From positions 124,001 through 188,000 of the forward strand of contig NW_027191406.1 in assembly GCF_041146345.1 (NCBI RefSeq): a DNA stretch of 64,000 nucleotides, in the 5' to 3' direction. A model generated the notes under the pieces. The model was not told where the DNA came from. It made no database searches and was given only the letters and a program-made list of their open reading frames with translations. Numbering within the stretch: position 1 is the stretch's first letter; each line of letters opens with the position of its first letter. Below are positions 23,501 to 35,443 of the stretch, piece by piece. Both the position numbers and the translations under genes were made by a program. The DNA is from Neodothiora populina (lineage: Eukaryota).

Positions 23501-24579
23501 ACGATCTGACATGAAGTTTGTCTGGTCTTTGGGTCTCGGAGAGCCGGTTGCACACGCTGTCTAGTGATACCGATAGGAGTCACTGGCTGACGTTTCAGAT
23601 CTGGGACACAATTAGTGGCGAGCTATAATATCACACCATGTATAACAGCTTATGTCAATGGCCAAGAGTCTTCAGGATATTGGCAGTAGACAAATACTGA
23701 GAATTCCAAAAAGGCCAGGTGACGAGCGAGACAGGGTTGCCAATGATTGCGAATTCTTTGTGCACGGAAACGACATGCGCGAAGACTTCACGGGCCAGCT
23801 GAATGCATTCATGTCTCTCTCAACTCTCATATATATTATCAATCTTCTCACCATGGTTTCAAAAAGTCTTATTGTTGCTCTTCCTCTGAGTTGCGTCGTT
23901 CAAATTTTCCGCGACTTGTGTTCAACTACCGATCCATCAATCTACAACCTCTGCGTACGATATATCGCCAGCAATGCCCGGAAATCATCACGCAGTCCCA
24001 GGTTCCCTATTGCGCCGAATCCGTATTTACACGCGAAGCATCCCCTGGGCTTTGGTCCGAATTCCCCGAATTTTGTGCAGCTGCAGTGTGGGGTAATTAC
24101 AGTCAAGTAAGGTTTCAAGGAGGGGTCGAGAGACCACCGTGTGTACGGAGTACTGTACGCCTTTTACCCCATGACGCCGAGACACAGACAAGCTTTCTCC
24201 GCCTCTGTCCTTGCCTGCCATTATTCTTTTGTTCGCGATGGTACCTGTACCTTGCTTGATCTTGCATAGGTGCTGTACTTATTACCTCATACTATATTTC
24301 TATCTTTGTCGGAGCGTTTCCTTGGTCGTGTGTTGCTAGACGGGTGAATATACAGTATTTCGATTATCGCTTCGACACTGCGGGAGACACACGGATTCGC
24401 ACACGCGGATACGATTGCGGCGCAGCGCATATTCTGGGTCTTCTGGATATACATATACATGTAAATGAGGACATCATAAACCGGCCCGTATAGACGACAT
24501 CACACGATATATATATCCACATATCCTAAGTCTCGAGATCGACAACGAAAGCCACGAAGACAAAGAAAAGAAAAGGGAA

Positions 24580-24912
24580 ATGGCAGGCAACTGGCGCCGC
24601 CTGGTAGGTATGTACCTTATGTACCTCGCCTCTCGCCTCTCACCTACCCTTAGCCTTCATTGTCCCTCTTTGCTTTGATCTCTTTCCTCCCTCACTGGAT
24701 ACCTTATTAAGCGGGAAACAGACAGGATCCTGACGTCGAAATACAACAAACCCTTCCCCGTGACGCTGCTTCCGACGGCGATAGGCACGGCGTTTGGGTT
24801 TCATTTCTCTGCGGCGCAGGCGGAGAGACAGGTTCAGATTCTCGACGAGGTCAAGGCGCTTAGTATCGAGGACAGGGAGGCCGTCGCTAGGATCGCGGGG
24901 ATGCCGAGATAG
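24580..24912 (+). CDS. Putative 72-aa two-exon microprotein, not in the ORF track
   Basis: Exon 24580-24607, intron GTATGT..AAACAG 24608-24721, exon 24722-24912. The spliced 219 nt are open: MAGNWRRLVDRILTSKYNKPFPVTLLPTAIGTAFGFHFSAAQAERQVQILDEVKALSIEDREAVARIAGMPR*. Confidence 0.6.
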
Positions 24913-25009
24913 ACTGTTTTTGTACATAAGGTGTCTATCAGGGGGTTGTATATAGCTTTTATGTAAGGTGAGGAAAGGAAAGGCAGAATCTAGCAGGGAG
25001 GCCAGAAAT

Positions 25010-27181
25010 TCATTTCTTCGCGAACCTCGCCTCGGCAGCTCTAGCGCGGCGTTCTCGCTCGAGACGCAGCCTCATCTCAGCCGTCATACCCCTGGCCTCT
25101 TGCTCTCTCTTTTCCTGCGCCGTCTTGCTCTTTTCCAAATCGCTCATTATCCCTAGACCTCCTACACTTTTTCCTTTGCCGAATTTCTTCTCTCGCTTCG
25201 CTGCCTCGGCGATGCGATCGGCTTCTCGCAGCTTCTCCGTCTCGGCTTTTCGCCGCTCTGCCTCGCTCGACTCTGCGGCTGCGAGATCTGCCTTTTCGCG
25301 CTGAGCGCGCGTGTCGACTTCTGATTTCGTCAGTGCAGAGGGCACTCGGGCGTCGTCGTGCCATGATCCCCAGGGCATGGAGTCGCCGAGCTCGTGGCGC
25401 GCGAGCCGGAACGCGTCGCGCGTCGCTCTGTCGCCTGCGAGCTCGAATGCGGTTTTCTGGTCGTCGCTTGTTCGCAGTGTTGGGTTCGCGTTGCATTTCT
25501 GGAGCAGGGCGGAGACGCAGGCGGCGCTGTTGAGCGAGGCGGCGAGGTGTAAGGGTCGGGGTGCGTGGTGGTTTTTGGCGTCGTTTGCGGGATGGAACAG
25601 GAAGTCTGGGGAGAGGGAGTTGGTCGTTAGGTAGGAGACTAGAGCGGGCGCTTTGGAGCGGCGGATCAGAGATTGGATCTGCGTCGTGTGCAGGCCTGCT
25701 TCGTCGTCTTTCTCGGCTTGCTGTTTGGCTTTCTGCCGCGCTTCTTTGTCTTGGGCTTGTTTTGTCGCTGCTTCTGCTGCTGAGCGGGAGCGTTGCGCTT
25801 GTTGCTCGACTTTTTCGAGGCGCAGCGCTTCGATGTCGATGGTGGTTGTTTTGACGCGGGTCAATTCGGTGAAGGACCGGATCAGCTCGCTTTGCGTCGC
25901 TCGTCGTGTCGAGAAGGGGAATCCGCGGATCCGCGTGTCTTTGATGTCTAAGACTCGTCCCTCGTGGTTTTCGAACAGGGTCTTGCGATTCGTAGAGCCC
26001 GTGGCGCGTACGAACAGCAAATCTGAAGTGCTGATCCAGTCCTTCCACTCGGACAAGAGACCTCGCACGTCGGCGACCAGGGCGGTCTCATTGTAGCGTC
26101 TTATGCTTGCTCCGGCAGAGTGAGCGTTTCCCTTGGAGTTGTCGTTCGCGGATTGCGAGCCACCCTGCTTGCGTCGTGTAGTGTATCGATGGAAGGTCTT
26201 CTGGGCTATCACTGTGGCGCTGCGCTCTTCTAGGCCGTTCTTGCATGTCGTCTTGGGAGTAAGCGATATGATCATGGCGGCAAAATGACCGCCTCCGATC
26301 ATACACAGAAAGTAATGAGGGTCGGCAGTAGTCGGTGCTTTGATCTGCGAAGGAAGAGCCACGCCCCCGTCCTCTTGGTCGTCTTTCTTCTGTGGCGCAT
26401 CTGTGCCAGCCTTTCTTGCCGACAGCTGTTTCCTCTGCAGCACCTCCACCAGACCCTTCGAGTCAAGCTGCTGCTCAGCCGGTGTAAACAAAGCGCGATA
26501 AACGCCCAGACTTGTGTTCTTGGGCAGTTTGTCACTTGTGAACCAAAGCAACGGTGCCTTACCAGCTCCTTTCTTCCTTCTCTTGCTCAGCTCCTCCTCT
26601 TCAAAGTCCGGATCTGCGATATCGGCCTGTTTGCGCAACAGCGCACTCAATGTACTATCGCCCGCCACCTTTCTCCTTCCGTCGCCCTTCTGCTCGCCCT
26701 CCGCACCCGACGAATCAGCACTGTCGTCGTCGTCGTCGTCGTCGTCAGAGCCCGAAAGACTCTCGTCCAGATCTCCCACTAGCTTTTCAAACTCCTGCTC
26801 GTCGACCGCTTTCAGTCCGCGCATCTTCCTCTTGATGTTGTACCCGTGCATGTCGCTCCTGACATGGCTCCTCTGCTCGTGCACAGTCGGGAAGTTCAGG
26901 TTGCAGAGCGCGCATGAGGTCGCTGATGCTGCTGCTGCTTTTCCACCACCACTGCTTCCATCCTCGTTTACATCGTCGGTCTGCTGACTCCGTCTGTGCG
27001 TGGTTGTCGACTCCGGCGTGTCGTCCTCCCCGGCGGTGATTTCTAGCCCGTCGTTGAGTTCTGGTTTCAGTTCGAGCGTATAGAGCAGTTCCTCTGGCAG
27101 GTCGAAGACGTATAGCGGGCGCTGGAGGTACTTGGCTTGTTCCTTGCCGGGACCTGATGGCTGCGGCGTGTTGGATGCCAT
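25010..27181 (-). CDS. VMS1: Vms1/ANKZF1 ribosome quality-control tRNA endonuclease
   Basis: C2H2 finger CALC..HVRSDMH, VLRF1 motif TFHRYTTRRKQGGSQ, ankyrin-like PLHLAA, and C-terminal VIM-like RERRARAAEARF. Confidence 0.95.
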   Translation of the reverse strand: MASNTPQPSGPGKEQAKYLQRPLYVFDLPEELLYTLELKPELNDGLEITAGEDDTPESTTTHRRSQQTDDVNEDGSSGGGKAAAASATSCALCNLNFPTVHEQRSHVRSDMHGYNIKRKMRGLKAVDEQEFEKLVGDLDESLSGSDDDDDDDDSADSSGAEGEQKGDGRRKVAGDSTLSALLRKQADIADPDFEEEELSKRRKKGAGKAPLLWFTSDKLPKNTSLGVYRALFTPAEQQLDSKGLVEVLQRKQLSARKAGTDAPQKKDDQEDGGVALPSQIKAPTTADPHYFLCMIGGGHFAAMIISLTPKTTCKNGLEERSATVIAQKTFHRYTTRRKQGGSQSANDNSKGNAHSAGASIRRYNETALVADVRGLLSEWKDWISTSDLLFVRATGSTNRKTLFENHEGRVLDIKDTRIRGFPFSTRRATQSELIRSFTELTRVKTTTIDIEALRLEKVEQQAQRSRSAAEAATKQAQDKEARQKAKQQAEKDDEAGLHTTQIQSLIRRSKAPALVSYLTTNSLSPDFLFHPANDAKNHHAPRPLHLAASLNSAACVSALLQKCNANPTLRTSDDQKTAFELAGDRATRDAFRLARHELGDSMPWGSWHDDARVPSALTKSEVDTRAQREKADLAAAESSEAERRKAETEKLREADRIAEAAKREKKFGKGKSVGGLGIMSDLEKSKTAQEKREQEARGMTAEMRLRLERERRARAAEARFAKK

Positions 27182-27629
27182 GACTACTTATTATTGACAG
27201 AAGAACCAGTAGCTGACGACTTATAGGCAAAGGAAAGGTGGATTGGTTTCGGGCGAATAACTTTTGGCGTACGACTCGGTCATGATTACTTTGTCCTTCG
27301 ACGTCATCTGCCTATGACTCATGCCGTTGTGGCCCACGAGTCATAATGGTCTGTGGCATACAATCACATAATAGCTACCCAGCAACAAACACAAGCCTAG
27401 ACGCACACGGCGAGAGGGATGGATCTGTGGATAAGAGACATTGTCTAAGTGCTTAGAGAAGCAAATGTTGTCTTACTGGCGTTGCCACGCTTAGCCTTAT
27501 GTACAAACCACGCTGCCTTCATATCGATCATCCACTCCAGTCCAAATCTAATGTCTCCAAGCGACAACAAGAACAATCAAACATTGGGGCTTGCCGCGCG
27601 TGTCTCAATCGTAAACCAGTGTCATGACC

Positions 27630-29326
27630 TCAAGAAGCCGTCAGCGCAGAGCTGACCCCGAGAACTGCCATGCCAACAAATGCAAAGATCATGCACAGTC
27701 CACGGTTATGCGTCAGATCCAGACTTTCCGAGAACAACTGCAACGCCACACTGGCCATGATTCCGGCCGTCACTGCGAACATGCCGCCGTATATGCCTTC
27801 TCCGGGAGCATAGTCACCTTTGCCGGCAATCTTGAACCATAGTGCTGCCACTCCTGCTCCCAATGGCTGACTGCATCCACCTAAGAGAAACGACCACATC
27901 ATGGCTTTTGGTCTGCTGTTGATCGCAAGATAAAGCGGCAAAGCAAGGGCGAAACCTTCGGTGATGTTGTGGATGAATAACGCCAGGAAAACGGAAAAGC
28001 CGAGCGTAGGATTTGCGTGGTTCGTTGCGTAAGTGATGAAACCTTCAGGAAGTTTGTGCAGAGCGATGGCTATTGATGTTTGCAGACCAATAGACAAAAA
28101 TGCGTTGGTAGGAACGTGGTGGTGATGGTCAGCATGGTGGTGACCGTCCTCGTCTGCTTCCTCTTCATCGACTTCGGCGTGGTTCTTCCCCTTGTCGGTA
28201 GAGCCCTTGCCGTTGCTGTTCTCTACCAATGTCGAAGAATTGGAGTTGTCCCCTTCATCCTCCTCTGGTATCAGAGGCGGTGGCAGATCGCCATCGGTCG
28301 CGATGCTTGATGACTCTGTCCTGGTATTGTTCAACAACGGCGTTGATTCGGTTGAGTGCGCATCTCGCAACTTTGGCATACTGCGGCTCGAGCTACGCCG
28401 GAGGGATCGACCGCCAGGCAATCGGAAACTGCCTCGTGACTGCACATTCTTGAAGCAATCCATTCCACACGGCTCACTGAAGCCGTAGCAAGGACCGTCA
28501 CAATCACACGAGCTCTTCTTAGTAGTAATGTTGGACAGAGTCTGGCTCAAACGTGCGTGTAGTGAAGGTCTCCTGACTGCCATGCTCGGGTTCAGGAGGC
28601 CATTCTCTGAGCGTTGAGATGCGCCAACCTCTCGCTGCGTGGCGTGCGACATACTTTTGCTTCCTGAGGCCATGTGCGGTCTGTGCGGACCAAAGGCTGA
28701 TTTCGCGGCCACGGATGCAGCGTCATGATGGTGATGATGATGCTGCGGGGCGTCATCGTGAGGGACGTGATCCTCTCCGTGATGGTGATGCTCATGCTCT
28801 GGACCATCCTCGTTGGCCTCCTTGACATCCTCTTCGTCATCGTGGTTATGCTCACAGTCTACGACATGGGTAGGCATATAGTGATGTAGCACACGAGAGA
28901 CGAGCTGAATCACCATTGCTCCGCCAAGAAAACAGGCAATCAGTATCCAAGCAGCTTCTTTGGGTGAGAAGCCTCCTTGTGTCAAAGATTGCTTTGCAGA
29001 TGGCAGCATGCTGTACAAAGAAGAGAATAGCTGTGTACAATCAGTTTAACCACAATATATCATCATTTCCCTACCATACGCACCATGACACCGAAACTCA
29101 AGCTCAGTGAAGCCGACAGAAAGGCATCACTGTCTTGTATCCTGAAGTTCCGCTTGCCAGGGAAACATTGTATAATGACATCGGCGCAGATGATGGAGGC
29201 ACCGAGAACGCATGCTAGATGTGATTCTTAGCCAGGTCGTCGCCACCGTGATATGTAGATGCTGGACTTACCAACGCCGCTGATGCATGTCATGATCCAT
29301 CCTCGCTCATCATTGGAGAGACCCAT
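27630..29326 (-). CDS. ZIP-family zinc transporter (Zrt3-like), multi-exon
   Basis: Start MGLSNDERGWIMTCISG, His-rich loop, and metal-site helices IALHKLPEG and FIHNITEG. Confidence 0.9.
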
Positions 29327-29762
29327 GGCGAAGAGGGTATGTGAGAGTTGGTTGTTGGCAGTTTCTCCCGCCAATGATATCTGAATGGCGGTCGGAGTCG
29401 ATGTCGAATCAAGCTCAAGCGCCCCGCGGCTTCGAGAAGAAAATCTTAAGAAATGACGACAACGAGCAGGGACAGACCACAGCAGCTACCTTGATGTTCA
29501 GAATATGTTTATGGATTTGGGAAACAACAAACAATTCAATCACTCATCAGTAATCCACACACCGCAGTATGATTATGGGTTTGCTGAAATGGAGTGGTTG
29601 ATAACGGTGAAATGTCATTGAAGGAGCGGGCTCGTATCGCTGACCAACGACTACTCTGAGAGGCTCAGTGGAGTGAAGGCGTGGTCTTGGCAATTCACCT
29701 TGATGGTCTTGCCAATCCGAGTCCAAGCGTCCATGTTATTCTTGGGGATCAGAATCATTCGG

Positions 29763-29773
29763 ACCTGCAAGGT
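29763..29773. promoter_or_regulatory. Zinc-responsive-element-like palindrome upstream of the Zrt3-like gene
   Basis: ACCTGCAAGGT has one mismatch to the Zap1 ZRE ACCTTNAAGGT and contains the ZafA core CAAGGT. It lies ~440 bp upstream of the ATG. Confidence 0.45.
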
Positions 29774-30105
29774 ATTGCGAAGATGCGGTATTGTACAATA
29801 TCTTACTTGCTGCACACTCTGTCTGTAGCTATTCAATTCATGTCATTGGCCTCCTTCACAAGAAAACCAGAATTATGAAAGTACAAAAACAAGCAGGTTC
29901 AGTAGGATTCAGGGGGGCTGCGAGGTGTATCGTGATGTGATGCATGCAAGATATCGAGTCATGTCATTATATCTACACTAGGTCCATGTAGCTGCTCTTC
30001 TACACCGCTCAAGTGCACGTGGTATTATCCTACTCTGCAGGGGTTAAACTCCGACCGAGGCCAGCTCAGTGACTCTTAGTTTTTGCCTTGTCCACGTCTT
30101 CGCCT

Positions 30106-31326
30106 CTACATGATCCTCAAGGCGCACTCCCTGATTTCTCGATGCACATTTTGATCATTAGGTAAATATAGGACCGCCACCTTCAACAGTCTTCTGGCTT
30201 CGTATTTGTCGTCAAGCCCCTTGTATGCGAGCGCAGTGCGGTAGTAAATCTTACCCATCTCTGCGGCGGCGAAAAAGCTAGTGAAGGCCTCTTGCGCAGG
30301 GTCGTTGGCGCCTTCGTTCTCGTCCACACCGATGGAGAATCGCAGAATGCGGATAGTGCGCATGCCGGTGTGAACAGCCATATCTAAATCATTAAGTTTC
30401 AGGTAGGCAAGAACGGAATTTGCGACAAGACGAATACGTAGCAAGGTGCGTTCGGTACTGCCACTGCGTCCAACAAACGGCGAGTTGGGATCCGTCAATT
30501 CGCGGTCGAAATAGTTATCGCCATGCACGTGACGTTGCTTGCCGCTCACGATGATGTGTATTGCGTGCCACGCCTGACGGTATAGCTCGAGAGCTTCGGT
30601 GTAGTGACCAGTCTGCAATGCCACATTTCCTTCATCTTTCAGCTTGGTCGACTTCAGCAGGCAACTCTCGGGCGAGTCGAGAGGTATAGCCATGACTGCG
30701 CGCATGTCTGCCTCGACTGATGCCAGCGGCTTCGGGTCTCCATCAACGGTCAAGCTCAGCAAGCCCTTTATTTTCCCAAAGGGTGCGAGAAGGCGTCGTT
30801 GGAGAGCGGGAGATATAAGTTTCTCTTCGTTTCCTGTTTCTGCAGGTGCCACTGCGGCGTATGGATCGCGCAAGTACAAATGTAGGCTCAAATGCTGGTT
30901 CAGACCCGGCATGCTGAGATGACTGTAGTACCAGCTCGTGCAGAACTTGTCCAGATCGTCCAACACGATGACGAATCTGTCCATTGCCGGGCGGAGATGG
31001 TGTTGAGGCGCTTGTATGGTGACATGCATAGTGTGATCCTTGAAGTTGTCCGCTTGCGCGCCAGCACACAACAGATAGACATGGCCATCGACAGCGACGT
31101 GGTGTTTGGCGTCTGTCCACGGGGTTTCGATTAGGACGAACGAGTTCAGTCGTTGGAAGACTTTGCGCGACTCGAGATAGATCTGGCGATTGACGCGGAA
31201 CAGCGCGAGCGCTTCACGGTAGTTGTAGGTGGCATCGTCTTCGCTGATCTCTCGGCGATTGTTCCATGGCGCGAAGAGCAGCGAATAGATTTCCGTTCGG
31301 AGTTCTGCTGGCAGTTGGAGAAGCAT
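30106..31326 (-). CDS. Conserved-looking hypothetical protein with N-terminal F-box-like motif and C-terminal TPR-like helices
   Basis: F-box-like LLQLPAELRTEIY; TPR-like LKDEGNVALQTGHYTEALELYRQA and KIYYRTALAY..A..LLKVAVLYLPND. Confidence 0.8.
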   Translation of the reverse strand: MLLQLPAELRTEIYSLLFAPWNNRREISEDDATYNYREALALFRVNRQIYLESRKVFQRLNSFVLIETPWTDAKHHVAVDGHVYLLCAGAQADNFKDHTMHVTIQAPQHHLRPAMDRFVIVLDDLDKFCTSWYYSHLSMPGLNQHLSLHLYLRDPYAAVAPAETGNEEKLISPALQRRLLAPFGKIKGLLSLTVDGDPKPLASVEADMRAVMAIPLDSPESCLLKSTKLKDEGNVALQTGHYTEALELYRQAWHAIHIIVSGKQRHVHGDNYFDRELTDPNSPFVGRSGSTERTLLRIRLVANSVLAYLKLNDLDMAVHTGMRTIRILRFSIGVDENEGANDPAQEAFTSFFAAAEMGKIYYRTALAYKGLDDKYEARRLLKVAVLYLPNDQNVHREIRECALRIM

Positions 31327-31695
31327 TGTGCTTCTGCTTGCGGTGCAATGCCGCGTCGGCTGCACAGGTGTCAGCCCACAGCAAGTGCGCGCTATAGATG
31401 TTCGTCGCCGAGGGCGTCAGTAGTCTTGGGCGTCTGTTCTGCAGTCATTTGCAATGAAGCGATTCCTGGTGTGGATAAAACTACTATGCCACAGATTACA
31501 ACGGGACTTGCCCCGCTCCTGTATAGGATGAACGGTCTGGCTTACATAATCCGTCATTGAGGGCGAATCCCCAACGCCAAGATCGATCATACCAGGACTC
31601 AGTCGTTAGAGCCATTTTATTCTACAGATGAGTACAACAGATGTCTTGCAACACAAGAACCTCCTCTGAGATTTCATCCCTTCTCTTGCTTCTTC

Positions 31696-33255
31696 CTAAT
31701 TTCGTCTTCTTGCCTGACTGTCGCCATTGCTCGGTCCAACTCCGTCCTCCAAATCTCTCTTCGAACATGATTGCGACAGAGTATATGTGCCATTCCAGTT
31801 ATCTCTCCTACCACCCCTCGATTCTTCGTCTTGGTCATCTCTGTCGCCTAGCCAATCTTCGAGACCCGGAGCAGTGAACAAACTACCTTTCCAGAAGCCA
31901 TGATAGCAGGTCATCATCGAACAGAACAGCCATAGTACTGTCGTGATGACAGTGAAGGTCGCGGCCCACCCTCGCATACCATCGTTGCGAAGGTCTCTAG
32001 ACAAAAGAGACCATGCGTTTGCGTATGATGCCAAAGGAAAGACCAAGGACCAGTGAGCAATGTTGAATGACTTGATAGGCAGGGTGAATAAGATGCCAGC
32101 TGTAGCTTGACATACCCCTGGAGTAACAGTATCAGTATACAGTCTTCTCGTCTCGTCGACACTCGATACTTACAGAAAGTGGCGTGAGCAAGGAGTCCTA
32201 GCGACAATAGTATACCCAACCAATGCATTGCCTCTGCGGTAGCCTGTATCGTCGCCGCTGACAGTGGAGGTGGAATGGATTGAGTGGGTCCATACCTTGT
32301 TGACACGAGATAATTCGACAAATACACACTCATCTTGTGGATGGCGAAAGCTGCCTGGCTGAGTGCTGCGATGGGCAGGAAACTAGACGCAACCACGGGC
32401 TGGGCAGGTAGTTTGAGCGAGATCAATCGGTAGAAGAAGATGCTCAAGATGAACATGAGCTCGCAGATGGCCGTGAACCAGCCCATATATCCAGTCACGA
32501 GGACGGCTATGGCGCATTTCGTGCTTTCTCTGTTGATGAATGGTAACAAAACTCCAGCCGTGGAAGCCGTCGCAAAGAGCGGCACCGTGGTCATGACCCA
32601 TACTCCAGCAACATCCGAAAGGTCTTGCTTCTGTGCGCGTACCATTTGCACAATAATGATACCGATGGTCACGAGCACGGATCCAGCCAGTGCCATCCAA
32701 TACATGACGAAGCATACCCAGACAGCTGAACTGCGGTAGTCGTAGTAAGATACTATCCCTTGGATGATGGTGTTCCAAGAAATGGCGATGGCTCCGAGAT
32801 ATGAGCTATTCGGGAACTCGAGTAAATTCTTCTTGAACAGCTCCGGGTGACTGATGTATCGTATCAACAAGAAAGCTATGAAGATGGCGAAGAGGACCAC
32901 TTCTAGGATCTATAGAGGTATTAGCGCTGTGGCGTCCAGTGGAATGAGAACACTACTAACCCACAAGCAATACCCGATATCTCTAAGCCATCTCGCACCT
33001 CCAGTGATTGGATATGGGAAGTTCACATAACACGTCTGAAGCACACCAGTTCCTGAAGATGTCGTCAATGAATGCAGAAAAAGAGTGACTTTTCGGACTC
33101 AACATACCCATTATGATAGTGAACCATGATGGCTCGAAATTAAGGATGCGGTCCCTCCTATCGCACTGTCAATGATTTGCCTAGTCAATCGCACACTTCT
33201 TAAACACCTACCAATGCCACCCCGAGACCCAAGCATTAAGATTTGCCTTGGCCAT
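31696..33255 (-). CDS. TDT/SLAC1-family anion channel (SSU1 sulfite-efflux / Mae1-like), multi-exon
   Basis: NFEPSWFTIIM-GTGV, RYISHPELF, SYLGAIAISWNTII and FNIAHWSLVFPL, with many hydrophobic helices. Confidence 0.85.
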
Positions 33256-34047
33256 ATTTGATAAATATCACGGTTTCCAAAGGAACAATCGTATCATGCC
33301 CAAACCAAAGAACATTCATTCCAATATGAGACGTCTGAATAGTGTCACTCATTCTCGACGACATACCATAACTCTAAAACTATAAAGCATATACCCATTT
33401 CGATGACGGTCCACTGACTCGACCACGAAGAGAAACATATTTCCATGAGGTAAGAATAATTGCCGTGTACTGAAATATAAACTTTATGAGAAAAGTCGTT
33501 GTGACGCAATGTCAACTCCTCGGAAGATCACCCGTGAATCTCTCCATAGAATCAAACATCAATCTATTCTAAGCAGATATTTTGCTCTAGGCTTGAATGG
33601 GTGAGTGCACTGTAGGATGAGAAGAGTATGTCAATATGGTCAGCATGAGTAGCCCTGTATGGCGTCTTTTTGCATTCGGGTTTCTCGTCGGAATTACAGC
33701 AAGTCAGTCGTTGATCTTCAGGTACCAACAGCTAGAAAAGCTCATGACGCAGACGATATTCTACAGCCGACGACTAAGAAACATTACCTACTATGTGTGT
33801 TGATGTAATGCATCAATTCGATCGAGTGCTTTGTTGAACATTAGTTTTAGCATGAGCAGACGAGACAGGTCGAAATGCAAGTTCATTAGATCTATTCACA
33901 TTTTCACTATGATATTGATTTGACAGTATTTGATTTGGTTATACTAGCCGCTGTGGTACATCCTATCAGTATTCACTGTAACACCGCCTCTGTTTGCCTA
34001 CGCTTTTCGCTAAGAGCTGCACAAAGTAAACAAGATAAGAGAGACAA

Positions 34048-34959
34048 ATGTCAGACCAGATGGTGGTGATAGTGACAGGTGCCGTAAGTCCTGCCCCTTA
34101 TCATTCGGTTATTTGTTGATTCCTCTTCAAATGGTAATGAACCAAGTAGAACCGGGGCATCGGGCGTGCAATCTGCGAACAGATCCTCGCAAGATCCCGT
34201 AAGCAATCTCTAAGACTCTACGCTACATCTCGCGGCGGACAGGACCTGGAGTTCAACATCCCATCTGATGCAACCGTGTTGTACCCAGCACTCGATATCA
34301 CCTCAGGCTCGAGCATCCAGTCGTTAGCCCAGCGCATCCAGAACGAAGACGACGGTCAAGTAGACGTACTGATCAACAACGCCGGCGTCAACACCTCGCC
34401 CGAGCATACACCTTCCAGCGTCCAGAAAACCCTCGACACCAACTACAGAGGCACATTGAACATGTGTCGGACTTTTCTACCATTTGTCTCTGCTTCTTCT
34501 GCAGGTCGAATCGTCAATGTTTCTTCAGTGGGCAGTAGCTTGCACATCTACTCGGAGCAAATCGCCTCGAGGTTTCGCAATCCAGACATGACATTGGCTG
34601 AGCTCGAGGACATGGCGCGCGAATACCAGAGTGCGGTAGAGCGCAAGGAAGAAGACGATGGGTGGGGTGGCAAAGGTCGAGCGTACAGCGTCAGCAAAGC
34701 ATGCGTGAACGCACTGACTGCCATCCTTACCCGTGAGCAGCAGAACAGCAAGGGAGGTCAAGCTCAGATCAACGCGTGTTGCCCTGGGTGGGTGAATACA
34801 GACATGGGAGGCCTCGTGGGGAAGCCGCCCAAGAAGCCAGAAGATGGAGCAAGGATTCCTGTCAGATTAGGATTTGGGGATATTGGACGTGTGACGGGGA
34901 GGTACTGGGCGAATCCCGGCATCTCTGATACTGGAGATGGCAAAGTCGTGGAGTGGTGA
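34048..34959 (+). CDS. Carbonyl reductase (short-chain dehydrogenase, CBR1-like), 2 exons
   Basis: TGA|NRGIG across the intron, LINNAG, IVNVSS, catalytic YSVSK, and CCPGWVNTDM. Confidence 0.92.
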
Positions 34960-35443
34960 TTACAGTGTGACTTGTTCATTAGATGCACAATGGTAGTGAC
35001 CGAAGCACCTAGCTTACAACACTAGCGTAACTGTCTTGATAGACAGCCCAGACCTGAACCCAGCTGGAGGATTATCCGCACACAAGTACTTGATCTCGTG
35101 CAACTGCAATGACCTTAGACACAGGGATGGACAGGGTGTGGGTGCAAGCATGGGGTTTGCATCGCCTGCTGCTGGTCTGTGCGAGCGGAAATTCAGGACG
35201 GGCAGACCCCGCCAAGCTGGGCGGACAGCGGAGGACAAGCTACGTTTGTATAATTATAGTGTCTTCTGTATATCGATATTGCCTATACACGACACGCACT
35301 ACTACGAACTCAGGGTATCAGCCGTGCGGACTCGCTGTCGTCGCCGAAAAGAAGAGCAAGAGAAGGCGATTGAGAGGTCACATTGGCGCCATCAAACACA
35401 CAGACACAGGACCTCGACACCTCATCCTCGCACCACCTTCACA

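Noticed and set aside
24158..24170. GCCTTTTAC, the U5 snRNA loop-1 sequence
   Set aside because: The flanks do not form the closing stem and no Sm site context is evident.
23652..24259. Overlapping 150-170 aa ORFs between OMA1 and the microprotein
   Set aside because: There are no motifs, no clear codon bias and no consistent splice model. A non-coding or weak transcript cannot be excluded.
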